Assembly (NCBI GenBank): GCA_951406725.2
Contig: OX597822.1
Span: 43,420,001 to 43,668,000 of the forward strand
Direction: 5' to 3'
From: Octopus vulgaris
Taxonomy: Eukaryota
Length of the DNA stretch: 248,000 nucleotides
A program made the position numbers and the translations under genes. Shown here one piece after another: positions 97,061 to 111,757 of the stretch. The notes under the pieces are model-generated. The model made no database searches and was not told the DNA's origin. It saw only the letters and a program-made list of their open reading frames with translations. Position 1 is the first letter of the stretch; each line of letters begins with the position of its first letter.

Positions 97061-97473
97061 ATCTGGAAAACGAGCATAGAGATAAGAGCGTGCATCTTAA
97101 GATAAGTATTAATTTATATATTGATAAATATACACATATGTATATTTCCGTTCGGGTGTTTCGCTTTATATATATATATATATATGTATATTATATGTGT
97201 GTGCGTATAAATTCACATCTGCATGCACACTAGCGCACGCAGACTTGCATGTCTCAATATATATTTTTACATACACATGGATGTATGTGTGTATATACAT
97301 ATTTATTTAAACTTTCTGTTATTTGTGTACGTATGAATGCATTTTCTTACGCTGGCTGAACCAAGGTTATTTATACATCGCAGAAAATATATACACTCGC
97401 ATAAATATCTATATACGAACTTAAGCTCACAGGGACATAGAGAAAATAGAGAGTGAGAGAGAGAGCGTGAGCG

Positions 97474-97510
<37 letters not shown>

Positions 97511-97596
97511 GACAGAGAGTGAGAGAGAGTGAGTGAGAGCTTGAGAACTACCTCGGGTTAAATCTCAAAAGTATGTATCTATCTATCTAATCTATC

Positions 97597-97649
<53 letters not shown>

Positions 97650-97662
97650 ATATCTATCTATC

Positions 97663-97724
<62 letters not shown>

Positions 97725-98056
97725 TATACGAATAGATATGCATATACACTTGTTCATTAGCGTATTTGCAAAGTGCATTATGGAACCGTTATACCCCTTC
97801 CGCCTCATGGACCCAGCGTAGTGAACCTCAGTATTCTTTTCCCTCTCCCCGCTACCATAGCCAACCATGCAGTGAACCGAACACCCAAGCATCCCGGATG
97901 CTCCCACCCCCGACATCATTTTAGTTATTAATGGAATACTTTTATTGTCTACTCAAAGATCTTGGTATATTTTCGTTTTTTTTTTCACATTGGCACACAG
98001 ACACACACGAGTACATGCATGTGTTATTGTATATTGAGTTTGTTTTCAACATTGAC

Positions 98057-98117
<61 letters not shown>

Positions 98118-98384
98118 ATACAAGCGTGCTCCCACAAGCACACACGCATGTATATATACTTATTCACTCTCATTCATACCTAAATATACACAGGAAGACA
98201 CCGCACTCACAACTACACACCACCCAAATGCCTCTGGCCCATTCCATCACATCTATATATATACATATATACATACACACACATATATGTATATATATAT
98301 ATATATATATATCATATATACATACATATCTATATCTATCTAAATATATATATGTATGTATATATATATATATAAATACTATAT

Positions 98385-98415
<31 letters not shown>

Positions 98416-98444
98416 CATACATATATATATATATATATATACAT

Positions 98445-98533
<89 letters not shown>

Positions 98534-98653
98534 CATAACGTTCATCATAATCCTCATCATATACATATCTATACACATATATATAGAGATATATAGAGAG
98601 ATATATGTACGTGCACAATCTCTTTATGTATATATATTGATATGTATGTATAT

Positions 98654-98724
<71 letters not shown>

Positions 98725-99480
98725 TCGCTCTCGTTTATTTTCATTTCTCTATGAAACCAAGCATGCATTATGCAGAAATTCTTGGAATCATTAAACCAAA
98801 ATATATTTTTGCGAAATGAAATGTTCAAACAGAGTTAAAACAAACAAAACAAGAATATCAGCCTCGGCAACAACAACACCAACAAAATCTGGAACATAAT
98901 CATCATCATCATCAGCAGCAGCAGCAGCAGTACAAACAGCAGCCGCAGCAACAACCTCCAAGAAGTAAAATGTTATGTGGAGGAGACTAAAACTAGAGAT
99001 TAAATGGCTACGTGTCTGTTTCGTTACTAATCAGCGTTTTTTTGTTAATCTTCAGCATCATGATGATGATGTTTGTCATCATCATCATCATCATCATCAT
99101 CATCGTCGTCGTCGTCGTTGTTGTCCTCGTTGTCACCACCACCACCACCACCTCCACCACCACCACCACCACCACCACCACCATCATCATCATCATTATC
99201 ATCATCGTCGTCGTCGTCGACGTCATCGTTCTCGTCGTAGTCGTCGTCACAATGATCGTAATATTTCTGTTTTATACAAATATTGTTGCTAATATTTTAC
99301 CATATATTGCCAGTTATTAAATAACTCTCAAAAGCTATCGTTAACATAATTAAAAAAAAAAAAAACGGAAAATGTTTTATCAGTATTATTGAATAAAAAT
99401 CTAAATACGAACGAATACCACCACCACCACCACCACTACCACCATCATAATCATGCTCATAATTATTATTATTATTATTA

Positions 99481-99541
<61 letters not shown>

Positions 99542-99692
99542 TACTATTATTATTATTATTATTGTTGTTGTTGTTGTTGTTGTTGCTGTTGTTGTTGTTG
99601 TTTTGTTACTGATGTTGTTCTGATGCATCGTTGTTTTGCGGTAATTGTTCTGGCTCTTTATGTTCAGAGTTGGCCTTGTGCCTAAACTAGAG

Positions 99693-99788
<96 letters not shown>

Positions 99789-99789
<1 letters not shown>

Positions 99790-100883
99790 TCCATCTGCTG
99801 TCAACAGCTGCTGAATGGAGGGCTGGTATACCGTGGTTGCTGATGTGCAGATAGTCGCTGAGTTTGCGGCATCTCCAGCGTTTCTTTGACGGTGAGTAGG
99901 TGTGCTCACCGTTTGTAAGAGACACTTTTCCACAGCTCGTCAGTTTGACGGAGCTGCCTGGATTAGGCGTAGACCGAGGAGGGTCACTTGGCACCTCGAG
100001 TGCCGTGAAGCGCACACAACCCTTCGCTGGGCGGGCAATGCAGTCGGTGGTATTCCTACTCTAGCGGTCTATAGAGGGCTAGTGGAGGGAAAGTTCGACG
100101 ACGTTCTCGGGGAAACTCTGGGCATCGATGAAGATCAACTAACCGGTCTGTTTCGGAGAACTTTCGGCCCTGGGCCTATGGATAACTTACAGAAATCCCT
100201 TGCCTGGCAGTGCTACCGAGGGGCGCTGCCTGTTCGGATAAACTTTACAGGGACGGAAGTTCCGTCAGCCTGGCCTGCCCGAGTATTGCTGACCTGTGGG
100301 TTTATGTCGAACAGCTACTGTAGCGTGTAGGACAGACCCGGCTATCAGCTGAAACTTTTGTGAAAATTGTCCCGCCACCCATTTTTCGGCCGGAAGGAGC
100401 AGGCAATTTTTATTTGTCTAGTGGCTGTAGCGAAAGAGGTAGTATGGTGGACCCGTTTGAAAGGGCTAAAGACAGACACTTTCCTCTTTGGACAAGCCCC
100501 TCATCAACTTTTTCAAATTTCACTTGAAAAGGAAGTTGGGGTGGAGAGGGAAGTGTTGCTTTTTAGCAAGTTTATTGAAAGTTGGGTGAATGTTGGAAGA
100601 ATGGCCAGTGTGAAAGGACCAATTCTGAGCGTGCACCTATAAAAAGGGAATCAAAGGAGAAGGGCTCTTGCCCTATTGTTCAGGCACCCGTGGCTTTTGT
100701 GTGTTTTTCTACGAGGACCTTAAAGCGCATCCCTGATCGGGAGATTTAATTTGTCCAATTTTTATCGTTATTACATTGTGTACACACGAAAACCCATTGT
100801 ATCGTCCTGTTTTTGTCTTTTATGTTGTGGTGTGTCATTGAATGTTTTTGTATATGAGCCCTTATGGCTAATAAAAGAATAAA
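99789..100883 (+). mobile_element. Tx1-clade sister family 3' fragment flanked by (ATT)n
   Basis: FGPGPMDNLQKSLAWQCYRGALPV, VAVAKEVVWWTRLKG; distinct 3' end ggctaataaaagaataa(att)n. Confidence 0.8.
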
Positions 100884-100905
100884 TTATTATTATTATTATT
100901 ATTCA

Positions 100906-102050
100906 TCTTTCCACTAGTCTTTTTCCATTGCGTTGTTTCTTTGCATTTCCGAGTACAGCTTTCTGTCCCTACGCTGTGGTTTCGTTTTGATCTTATCTTC
101001 ATTATATTGAATGAGCACTACGTAAGATTTGTGCGGTGCCTAAAAGTACTCAATTCTGTATTTCATATGTACTCGTAAGCTCTGGTTATGTCCTTGTGTG
101101 TATGCGTTTTGGCCATAACTAAACCACCTGCTACTATAGAGATTATTTCTGTCTTCAAGCTACACATTCGAGTTATCTTTAATTCTAGATCCCTGTATTT
101201 CGGAAGTTTCTCCATTTCTTTTAGAAGTAAATTGTCATCTTACGGTACTGTAATGTCGATTACAAGGCATCGTTCCTTGGTGGACTCTGACAACATACGT
101301 TCGATTAGCCTTGCTCTCCCTATCTGTATGTATCAGCATAGCCCAGAGTATGTATGCTTTGTCTTTTTTTGAGACCTTTTTTCTGTGGTATGCCCTATTT
101401 CTCTCCGTTGGCATTCCATAGTGTTGGCACGAGTCCCATTGTATATAAATCCCATCTCTGTCGTGTCAGAGATGTATTGGCCAGACAAGAAAAAAATGAT
101501 TTATTATTTCTTCTCCATCACCACATATTACTCAATGACATATGTATTATTTATTATTTTTTTTTCGTCTTTTCTGACGAGGAGGCTTTGATCTTGTATC
101601 GCAATTAAGGATTCTTTAGGCTTTGACTTCAGCTCCGCGCTTCTTCAAACGTGTTGGCATGATTTCCTTCTCTCTTTTTCTTCTCTTTATCTATTCCTGA
101701 TTTTTGCTATGAAAGGACTTCTCTCGACATTGATCTGTCAAAACACATTGTAGCTAAAGATTTAGCATAGATCTTAGCGGCTTCACAGTGTTTTCGTTGT
101801 TTCTTCTTTTCCCCGAAACCATCAGTTATTGTCGACCCCTGCTCTGTAATTTACGACTTCCTTGAAGACAGAAAACAGTTGTTTGTTTTGTTCAGTAGCT
101901 ATTTATATTAGCTTTCCATGATTCTGCATTAGATATTTTTGCAGTTCTATGGTGGATGTTGTATAATATTTTTATTGTTTTACAAATCATCTACTGCTTT
102001 CAGTTCATGGTATGTATAATCTTTCTTTGTCAGATGTTGGATGATGTATT
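100906..102050 (-). mobile_element. Old R4/Dong-like 3' fragment
   Basis: ICGDGEEIINH, HDRDGIYIQW, KYRDLELK motifs; ends in (AAT)n. Confidence 0.7.
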
Positions 102051-102134
102051 CTAAATGCAGTCATTATTTCCGTTCCCTTTCTGCTTAGTCTTGCTAGTCC
102101 ATTCATCATCATCATCATAAGTATCGTAATGTTG

Positions 102135-102207
<73 letters not shown>

Positions 102208-102214
102208 CAACAAC

Positions 102215-102255
<41 letters not shown>

Positions 102256-102261
102256 TAATAA

Positions 102262-102317
<56 letters not shown>

Positions 102318-102326
102318 GTTGTTGTT

Positions 102327-102738
102327 GAGTGAGAGAGTAGTGCATGCCCTCAAAGTGACACCGGGATAAAATATTCGATGCCTAGTATCCCCATCATAAG
102401 AATACACCAGGAATATACGTCATAACTATATGTGCGCGGCATGGTAATTTTATATCAACCTGAGCAGCGCATGATCTTGTAGGTAGGGCCCAGTTAAAAT
102501 CTTCTTCGGGTCGAGTAGTCCATCCCGCCCAAAAGATCGTTGAATAAGGTTTGTCTAAGGATGTTGAACAAAACAGCAATGTTCCCTGAGTTGAATTATT
102601 CAGACTCCAAACGATTCCTCTCAGCACATGGCTATGATGCTCCCCAACCAATTATGCCCGTGATCAGAGATGCACATATCGTCAGCCACTAAGGGGCGTA
102701 CTTAACTTGTTACGGTCAAACAACTGACAAGCAAATCT
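102327..102738 (-). mobile_element. ~555-bp element, diverged partial copy
   Basis: Reverse complement aligns to the 50705 copy; 3' end adjacent to an (ATT)/(GTT) tract. Confidence 0.7.
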
Positions 102739-103489
102739 AGTTCCGATGTTTTACAACCCTCTGGGGTCTGCAATGTGTTTCATCCTTTTATGATCAATGA
102801 AATAAAGTAACAACAACGTCCTGGCCCAATGGTATCGACTAACCCCTCCCCTCAAAACCGCTTGGCTTGTACATAGATTAGGAACCGATAAAAAGGAAGC
102901 GAACGGGAAGAATCGTTTGAGCTTCTGAAAAAATCCCTTGCTATTTTTTTTCCGTCTTTTAACGTCCGAAGTTGAAATGTTGTTCTCGTCATTGGCCTTT
103001 TATCCCTCTAAAGTCGATAAAATAAAGTACCAGGCTAATACTGGGGGTATGGGTAATGACTAACCCATCACCACAATATTGTTAGTTTTGTGCCTAAATC
103101 AAAACCAGTTTTTATGTGTATTAGCAGAGCTACAAACAAAATATCTCGCGTTATTTACTTATTGTGTTAATTAGCACAGCCCGTACAGCTCATATTCTAC
103201 AAAATATTCTGGCATATTCTATAGAATCATCACCCATTAGTATGGCGCTACTCCCAAACACATATTCAACGCTATCAATTCTCTCTGCTGTAGCACAACT
103301 CAGGAAGCACATTTTCAATAAAATCTCGGCCGAATTATATAACTTGCAGATCATATATATCTGTCGTAAAATCCAAACTCAACACGATCCACAGAACAAA
103401 CATTCTATCTGTCTGACACCTAACCCTAAAATATAATCAACGGATGTTAAAAAAACTCAGGCATTTCTCAATGTAGAAATAATACATTT

Positions 103490-104090
103490 CTAAATCTCCT
103501 AGAGAGATTTATGCAGCAGCAGCACGGTAAAGTGATAGTATGTTGTCAACTTAATGTGACAGTCCCATGAAAGGGAAGAATGCTACTGTTATTTAACCCT
103601 AGGAAACACCGTTTCCTGTTGGACTTGACACATTTCCTGTGTCCTTATGTTTTCAAAGGAGAGATAAAAACCTCCACCCAGCAAAACCAGCAACCAGAGA
103701 CTAATTTCAGAGTCATTGCTCAAAATCAGTGTGGAGTAGATTCGCCTGCTAGATGTCGATATCTATCCACCTGTGAAAACATATATATTTCAAGTGAAAT
103801 ATACATGTTTTCAAGAGCGGATTGGCATCGACAAGTAGTAAGACATGCTACACCACACTAATGATGAGCAATGACTTTGAAACTAGTCTCTGGGTGTTGG
103901 CTTTGCTGACTGGAGGTGTTTGTCTCCACTTTGAAAACATAAGGACACAGGAAATGCGTCAAATCCAACAGCAAACGGTGTTTCCTAGGGCTAAATAACA
104001 GCAGCATTCTTCCCATTCATAGGACTGTCACATTACGTTAACAACATTTTATACTGTATCCTGCTGCTATTGCATAAATTTCTCAATTTA
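103490..104090. repeat. Diverged ~300-bp-arm palindrome
   Basis: Arms align in reverse complement (e.g. gtgacagtcccatgaaaggg / cccattcataggactgtcac); hammerhead-like TGATGA...GAAACTAGTC at ~103860-103890. Confidence 0.8.
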
Positions 104091-104699
104091 TATCACAATT
104101 TCAACGAGCCAATGACATATTATTTCAGGTCAGTTTTTTATGCAATCACGCTGTAATGATTGAAATAGTTATACACTGGACAACATAGTACTGATATTCC
104201 AGCAATTTCACCTTCGATTTGAGTATTGCATTGTCTTTTGTGATAGCGCGTGCGCATGGATTTAAACTGATTTCGCCTATTTGGAACGCTTCTTGGAACA
104301 CGTTTTGCCTTGGGTTGGTGCATAATTATGGCGCTTTTTTTTAAACAAATTTTATTCAACAACAACAATAACAATATTTAACAAAAGCATCTTTAAGTGA
104401 CGATCTGATCATCTGCTAAGCAAATGGGAAGCAGTAATTGGAGTAGATGGTGAATATGCTCCGGAATAATCATTTAAAGATGTTTTTGTTACGTGTTGTT
104501 ATTGTTTTTGTCAAATGCACCAACCCAATAATTTGTGAATATGTTTTATAATATTATGTAGTGATTGCACAGAATAAGTGCTACGCTATATTTTTCAGTA
104601 TGTTACAATACCAAGACATATAGTTCTAGTAACGAATTTTCCCAAAAGATGCTGACAAGGAATGACGCGTAATAAGGCATGTTATCTTGGTGTAATATC

Positions 104700-105560
104700 C
104701 AGGTCTTTTTTTGTGTATGGATGCCTCATACGTCTTTCTTCGTACTGTCTTTGCTAACTGACTCAGCACCTTCTAGTAAAATTCGTAATTGAACTTCTGC
104801 TTGTTTTGAACAAACTTATGTACGACACTCAATAAGTAAAAAAAAAGCAAAAAAAGAAAACACCCAAACAAAGCAGACAATTCGACCATGACCTTCGCGT
104901 TTGAGCTACTCTGACGTGATATTTTATTCGTAGCGACAATGATATATTGTATTTCGTTTTCACATTGTAGACATACTGCCACGTATCATCATCTGTTATA
105001 ACACATTCCAGAAAGTCTTCATCACTTTTCAAACATTCACCTGACCGAGTTTCGCTCCCCCTTTGTTCATAGGCCTGAAGACGAGGAACAAATATTATGA
105101 AACTATAATATCTCTCTAAACTTTTTTTTCGAATCATGTAACCCGAATTTTTACAGACCTCTACTTCAGAAATTATATGGAGAGTTAGGCTTCGATTTTC
105201 AGGGATCATAGCTCGTAATTTCGCATCGTCCATATAGTCCGTTCTTGTGTCAGTTTGTCCGGGTTTAAGGAACGTCTTCTCGATTTCAGACATCCGGTAC
105301 TACATCTATTTCAGACATCCGGTACTACATCTATTTCAGACATCCGGTATCACATCTAACATAGTCTACGGTTCCAGCATTCTTCCTCAGAAGCCTGCTG
105401 TGCTTTTTAAAATGTTTCCATATATGTTATTGAATTTTCCAATTTCATAGAAACGCGTTGTTCTAGAAAAATTCTTCATTGTTTCATTTAAACAGGGCCA
105501 TATCAGATCCAAATATCCGATCCGTTTTCTGTTCGGATTGGCCTTTTGTTCAGAACTGGC
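104700..105560 (-). mobile_element. mariner transposase remnant
   Basis: FVPRLQAYEQ...SDEDFLECVITDDDTWQYVY resembles WVPHEL...VITGDETW. Confidence 0.65.
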
Positions 105561-106436
105561 CTCTCACACCCACCCTACAATACCATTTTAAAAATAAGCA
105601 ATCACATTATTGAAGTCTCAAAGCTACAAGATGATGCTTGATTTATTCAAAAAACGATATGAATAAAATGCATTAAATTTGACAGTGTAATCTGAATATT
105701 AAATGGTTGACTTGCGACAAATCGCCATGTGCATTAATCATCCGCTCACTGAAGCATGTATAGATTGATGACGGGTTGAAATGGCGGAATGTGGCTATTA
105801 TTAGACTGAAGGACAAGATCACCCATCTAGAGAAAGGAGAAGAGAAGTAAGACAGAGGGAAAGAAAGAAAGAGAGGTTGGAACAGATGGAGAGAAGGCAG
105901 AGAGAAGGACAAAAGAAGAGGGAGAAGGTAGAAGGCCACGGTGTCTGATTCCTTGACAGGCAGATAGGAGATAAGAGATGGAATATTTTAGAATTTACGT
106001 AGTACATTGTTAACTAGATTTTGTCTTCTAGCAGACTTACTTCCTTTGCATGCAACGAGAACTTTCTTGATTCTGACCAAAGTCATCCTTCATCGGTGTA
106101 GATCGGATTTCCTCCTCACATAGAAATTCTCGCTTACGTGTTGCATACGTCTACGACACATGCTGTGGCACCATCGAATGGGGAATAAACCGAAATGGTT
106201 CTTATGACCTAAAAACGTCAAATGAACAAAAACCAAAACAAAAAAAAAAACAAAAAAAAGGAAGAAGAAAGCAGCGATCCGATGAGAAGTCTTTATGTGG
106301 TCGAAACTGTTTCTACTGAGTCGAAACAATCAACAACACAATCAACAACAATATCTCGAAGAGCTGACATCAACGATAGCGAAAACTACTGCTACCACAA
106401 ATACTCCTCCTCCTCCTCCTCCTCCTCCTGCTGCTG

Positions 106437-106486
<50 letters not shown>

Positions 106487-106567
106487 GCTGCTACTAATGC
106501 TGCTTGTACTGTTGCTACCACTGCTGCTGCTGCACTACGATTATTGCTGCTGCTGCTGCTGCTGCTG

Positions 106568-106621
<54 letters not shown>

Positions 106622-106702
106622 ATGCTGCTGGTGCTATTGCTACCACTGCTGCTGCAGCTGCTACTCCTCCTCCTCCTCCTCCTCCTCCTCCTCCTCCTCC
106701 TC

Positions 106703-106766
<64 letters not shown>

Positions 106767-107070
106767 AGCAATAAAACAGCAACAGCGGGAAGTCTGTCAA
106801 ACCGCCACAGTTTGTAAAGTTGTCAAAATGCCCAGATATGTCACCGCAGCCATATATTTTCGATAGAATCTTTATCTTTTAATTGTTTCACCGATTGGAC
106901 CGTAGCCATGCAGGGTCACCGCTTTGAAGGGTTTTAGTCGAGCAAATCAGGTTCATTTTATTGGTCTGGTACTGGTTCTATTGGTGTCAATGGTCAAATG
107001 GTGGTAATACGGGAACGTAAACGAATCGACACCGGTTGCAAAGCAGTTGCGGGGTTCACAGACAGGTATC

Positions 107071-107102
<32 letters not shown>

Positions 107103-107749
107103 TGCGCATTTGTATGTGTGTGTGCGTATGTATGTGTGAGTACGTTTGAATGTGTGTATGCGTGTGTGTGCATCTGTATGTATGTTTGGTGCGCGTGTGT
107201 TTGTATGTGTGTGTATGTTTGCATGTGTGTGTGCGCATGTGTGTGTATGTGCGTGTGTTTGTATGTGTGTGCGTTTGTATGTGTGTGTGTGCGTGTATGT
107301 GTGTGTGCGTTTAATGTGTGTGCATATGTGTGTATGTACGTGCGCTTGTGTCTATGGAAGTTTGTATGTATGTGTATGTGCGTGCTTTTGTATGTATATG
107401 TGTGCGTGTGTGCGTATGTGTCTGTGCGTTTGTATGTATATGTGTGATTGCGTTTGTATGTATGTATGTCTTTGTATGTGTGTGTGCGCGTGTGTGTATG
107501 TGCGCGCGTTTGTATGTGTGTGTGTGCATGCGTTTGTATGTGTCTGTGTTTGTATGTGTGTGTGTTCACCTTGGACAAGTGACTTTTACTATAGGCACGG
107601 GCCAACCAAAGCCTTATGAGTGGATTTGGTAGACAGTCGGTTGTTGTTATAGAAGGTGGGCAGGGCAACATACTCCCTGAGCGGGAGGCCAATCCGCCAA
107701 TATTTGCAGTTAGGTGGTCTGGTGTAATATAAAATGAAATGTTTCACAC

Positions 107750-108270
107750 AATCCCGCTGCGTGCCGCCTTGGGGGAAGTGTCTTCTACTATAGCATCGGG
107801 CCGACCAAAGCCTTGTCAGTGAATTTCGTCGAGAGAAACGGAAAAGAAACCCGTGGTATATATATATACGTATATATATCTCACCTTCTCTCTCTGTTTT
107901 ATTTCCCCCTTATTCCTTTCTGTCGAAGAGCGTCGGCTCGAAACGTGAAAGCCTTTTGTATTTTTCCCGAGAATAAAAGTAATACACTTGCTTGTTTTTT
108001 CTACTCCTGTCTTCGTTTGTGATTTTCTGTACATGTGAACTATGTATGTATATGTGTGAGTGTGTGTATGTGTGTGTGTTTGTGTATTTGTGTCTGTTCG
108101 TCTCCCCACCACCACCGCCTGACAACCGTGTTCGTCTTTTTACGATGTAGCAGTTCGGTAAAAATACCGACAGAATAAGTACATGGCGTAGAAAGAATAC
108201 GTCGATTTGTTCGACTAAAAACCCCTTAAGGTGGTGTCCCAGCATGCCCCCTGTCAAATAAGTAAAACAA
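107750..108270 (+). mobile_element. CORE-like SINE interrupted by a PLE hammerhead fragment
   Basis: Head 107750-107855, insert with CTGTCGA...GAAACGTG at 107916-107951, tail 108070-108270. Confidence 0.7.
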
Positions 108271-108634
108271 ACAAATGAATAAATATATATTTTATAAGCC
108301 TAAAGCTTATAAGCAATTGCCGTGTATCGACTAAAGATAATATTTTAATACTGGGAAATATAAGCCATCAAGAGAAGAAGTTGATTTTCGGTACGCATAC
108401 AACTCACGCCTCTCTATATACTTGATACGTGTGTTACCATTAGACTGTCTTGCTTCTTCCCATTAGAATTAAGAACTATAAATTCATAGTGTTGTTTTCT
108501 TTAGTCAATACACGGCGATCGCTCATACACTTTAAGCTTGTGAAATATTATTTACAGAATTGTCATTTATCAGCGCAGAAACAAATGCACGTGCGTGCGC
108601 GCGCACACACACATATAGGCATTTGTGTGTGTAT

Positions 108635-108671
<37 letters not shown>

Positions 108672-109850
108672 AGAGAGGAAAAATTATAATTTTTCCTCTC
108701 CTATCATTTCTCCACGTGCGGTTAACACAACCCCCACCATTTACCGACCTATATATATATATATACACCCACACACACATATGTACACGCACACACACAC
108801 ACACACACACACACGCACGTACACAGACACTCACACATATATATATATATACATACATACACACGAGGGAGTGCTGAAAATTCCCTGGGTTTGCTTAAAA
108901 GAAAATACAGAAGGATTTTATTCAAAATGTATCCCTCTCAGATTCACACACTTATTGCTGCGGTCCGCAGTCATATATACATATATATATATATATATTG
109001 ATTTATATATATATATGTAGACACACACAAATACACACACACTTACATACATGCAAACATATATATATATACATATGTGAAAATATATATATATATACAT
109101 ATGCGATTATGGCCTCGTAACCTAGTGGCTCAGCAAAATAGACCGATAAAATAAATACCAGCTTTTAAAGAAAATATATCTTAGTTTCGAATTGCTCGAT
109201 TAATACACTTCAAGGTGATGCTATATCATGGCCGCAGTCAAATAACTGAAACAAGTAAAAGATAAAAGGTTCATATGTGTATATATATATATGTATATAT
109301 ACATGTAGAGGTAGGTACGTACATATATGTATATATGCATATGTTTTATTTATTTATTAATATATTATTTATATATATATATATATATATATATTGGCCT
109401 GCTCGCTTAGCCAGTGGGGTGGCGTCATGTGAAGGCTAAAACAATGTGAAGCGCATTGTGACCAGCGATGTGTAGCAACATCCTATAGCCTGGTCGGTCA
109501 CGGTGATCACGTTGATATATATATATGTGTGTGTATGTATGTATATATTTATGGAACAAAATCGCAATAGAATTAATTAAAACGTTCGTATAGATTCACG
109601 ATACAAAGGCGGACAAGACAAGAGAAACAGACGGGTCATTCTTGGCTTTCTTTTATCAGTCAAGTAACAGAAGTCACAACCATTTTGGACAACACACACA
109701 TATCATAGTCACAGGAGTGGGTGTGTGATAAGTTGCTTGCTTACCAACCACATGGTTCTTGGTTCAGTCCCACTGCATTTCTACAATGGCCTCGGATCGA
109801 CCAAAATCGTGTGAGTGGATTTGGTAGATAGAAACTGAAAGAAGCCCGTC

Positions 109851-109900
<50 letters not shown>

Positions 109901-110658
109901 TTGTGTGTGTGCGTGTGTGTGTTGTGTGTGTGTGTGTGTGTGTCTATGTTTGTCCTGCAAACATCACTTGACAACCGATGCTGGTGTGTTTACGTCTCCG
110001 ATACTTAGCATTTCGGCAAAAGATACCGAAAGAGTAAGTACTAGGCTTACAAAATCCTGGGGTCGAATCCTTGTTCGAATATTGGCGGTGCTCCACCAAG
110101 GCCGCAGTCAAATAACTGAAACAAATAAAACAATAAAAAATAAAAGAATATATATATGATCCGAGAGAGAGAGAGAGAGAGAGGAAAAGAGAGAGAGAGA
110201 GAGATGAGATAGAGAAAGGAAGAAAGAAGCGGGAAAAAGACATAAATGTCTTGAACATCTCCTCCCATAATTCACAACAAGCTTGAGAAACACAGACGAG
110301 GTCAATATGAACAATTGGCACGGGTTCAATATCGTTCGTGTACCATTATTGAAGTCGTTAAGTGGAAATCCGCTGGTTAGACCAGTGTGAACTCCATTTT
110401 CTGATTGTTTCACACAGTATTCAGTTGGACACGACACACAGACATCATACGTCACGCACACATAGGAGGCACTTTTATGTCACGCATATATAGGAGACAT
110501 TTTACAAACGTACACATACATATACCCATGTTTACACGTTTTACACGTATATACGCAGACATCATACAATGGCGTTACAATTCCAACGCACATTTAATAC
110601 ATATACACACTCCAGTAAGCTTTAACACAGTTAGCTGGTCAAAGGCATAATGTGCATG

Positions 110659-110691
<33 letters not shown>

Positions 110692-111246
110692 GTGTGTGTG
110701 TGTGTGCATATGTGTGTGTGTGAATGTGTGTGAATGCATATATATACATATATATATATATATACACGTATATATATATACACGTATATATGTATATATA
110801 TATGTGTGTGTGTGTTTGTGCATATATATACATATATATATATATACATATATATGTATATATATATATATATATACATACACACACACACACACATATA
110901 TATATATGTATATATACATATATAAATGTACATAGATATATACAAGCATATATAAACACACGTATACAAATGTGTGTGAGAGCGTGAATGAGTATATATA
111001 TGTATATATATACACTTACATTCTTACAGACACACATCTAAATATGTGTGTGTGTATGTGTGTGTGTGTGTGTCTAGAATCACATATAATTACTCACGCA
111101 CAAACAAATATTTATTGCAGAGCGACAACCTCTGAACAAGACAAAAAACAATTCTCAACTTCACAGATCTGAGTGTTTTCACGCAATCGGCTGCTGAGGC
111201 ACATAACATAATATATATATATATATATATATATGCTGAGGCGCAT

Positions 111247-111324
<78 letters not shown>

Positions 111325-111477
111325 CATATATGTGTGTGTGTGTGTGTGTATGTATATATATATATATACAGATGTATATATGTATGTATGTATCTCTATC
111401 TATCTGCCTGTCTATATTTCGATACATATACACAAATACAGACAGACACATATACACACATACGCACACACACACAC

Positions 111478-111523
<46 letters not shown>

Positions 111524-111616
111524 CGGGAAGCTTTATGAAAATAAACAAAAGACGAAGGCAGATGGAGTACAAACAAACAATTGTATTAGTATGGCGCCCA
111601 GGAATATAAATAAAAC

Positions 111617-111656
111617 AAGTCTTTTACGTTTCGAGCCTACGCTCTTCAACAGAAAG
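111617..111656 (-). ncRNA. Minimal hammerhead, A6U variant, downstream of the PLE ORF
   Basis: cttt-CTGTTGA-a-gagc-gtag-gctc-GAAAC-GTA-aaag; stem III is the loopless palindrome ACGT. Confidence 0.7.
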
Positions 111657-111757
111657 ATACACAGAAAAGACACACGGAGAGAAACAAAGAGAGAAAAAAA
111701 TGCGTGCAGAGGCTAGCGAATCAACATGGCGATCTGATTTCGGCCAGAAGTCAAAGA

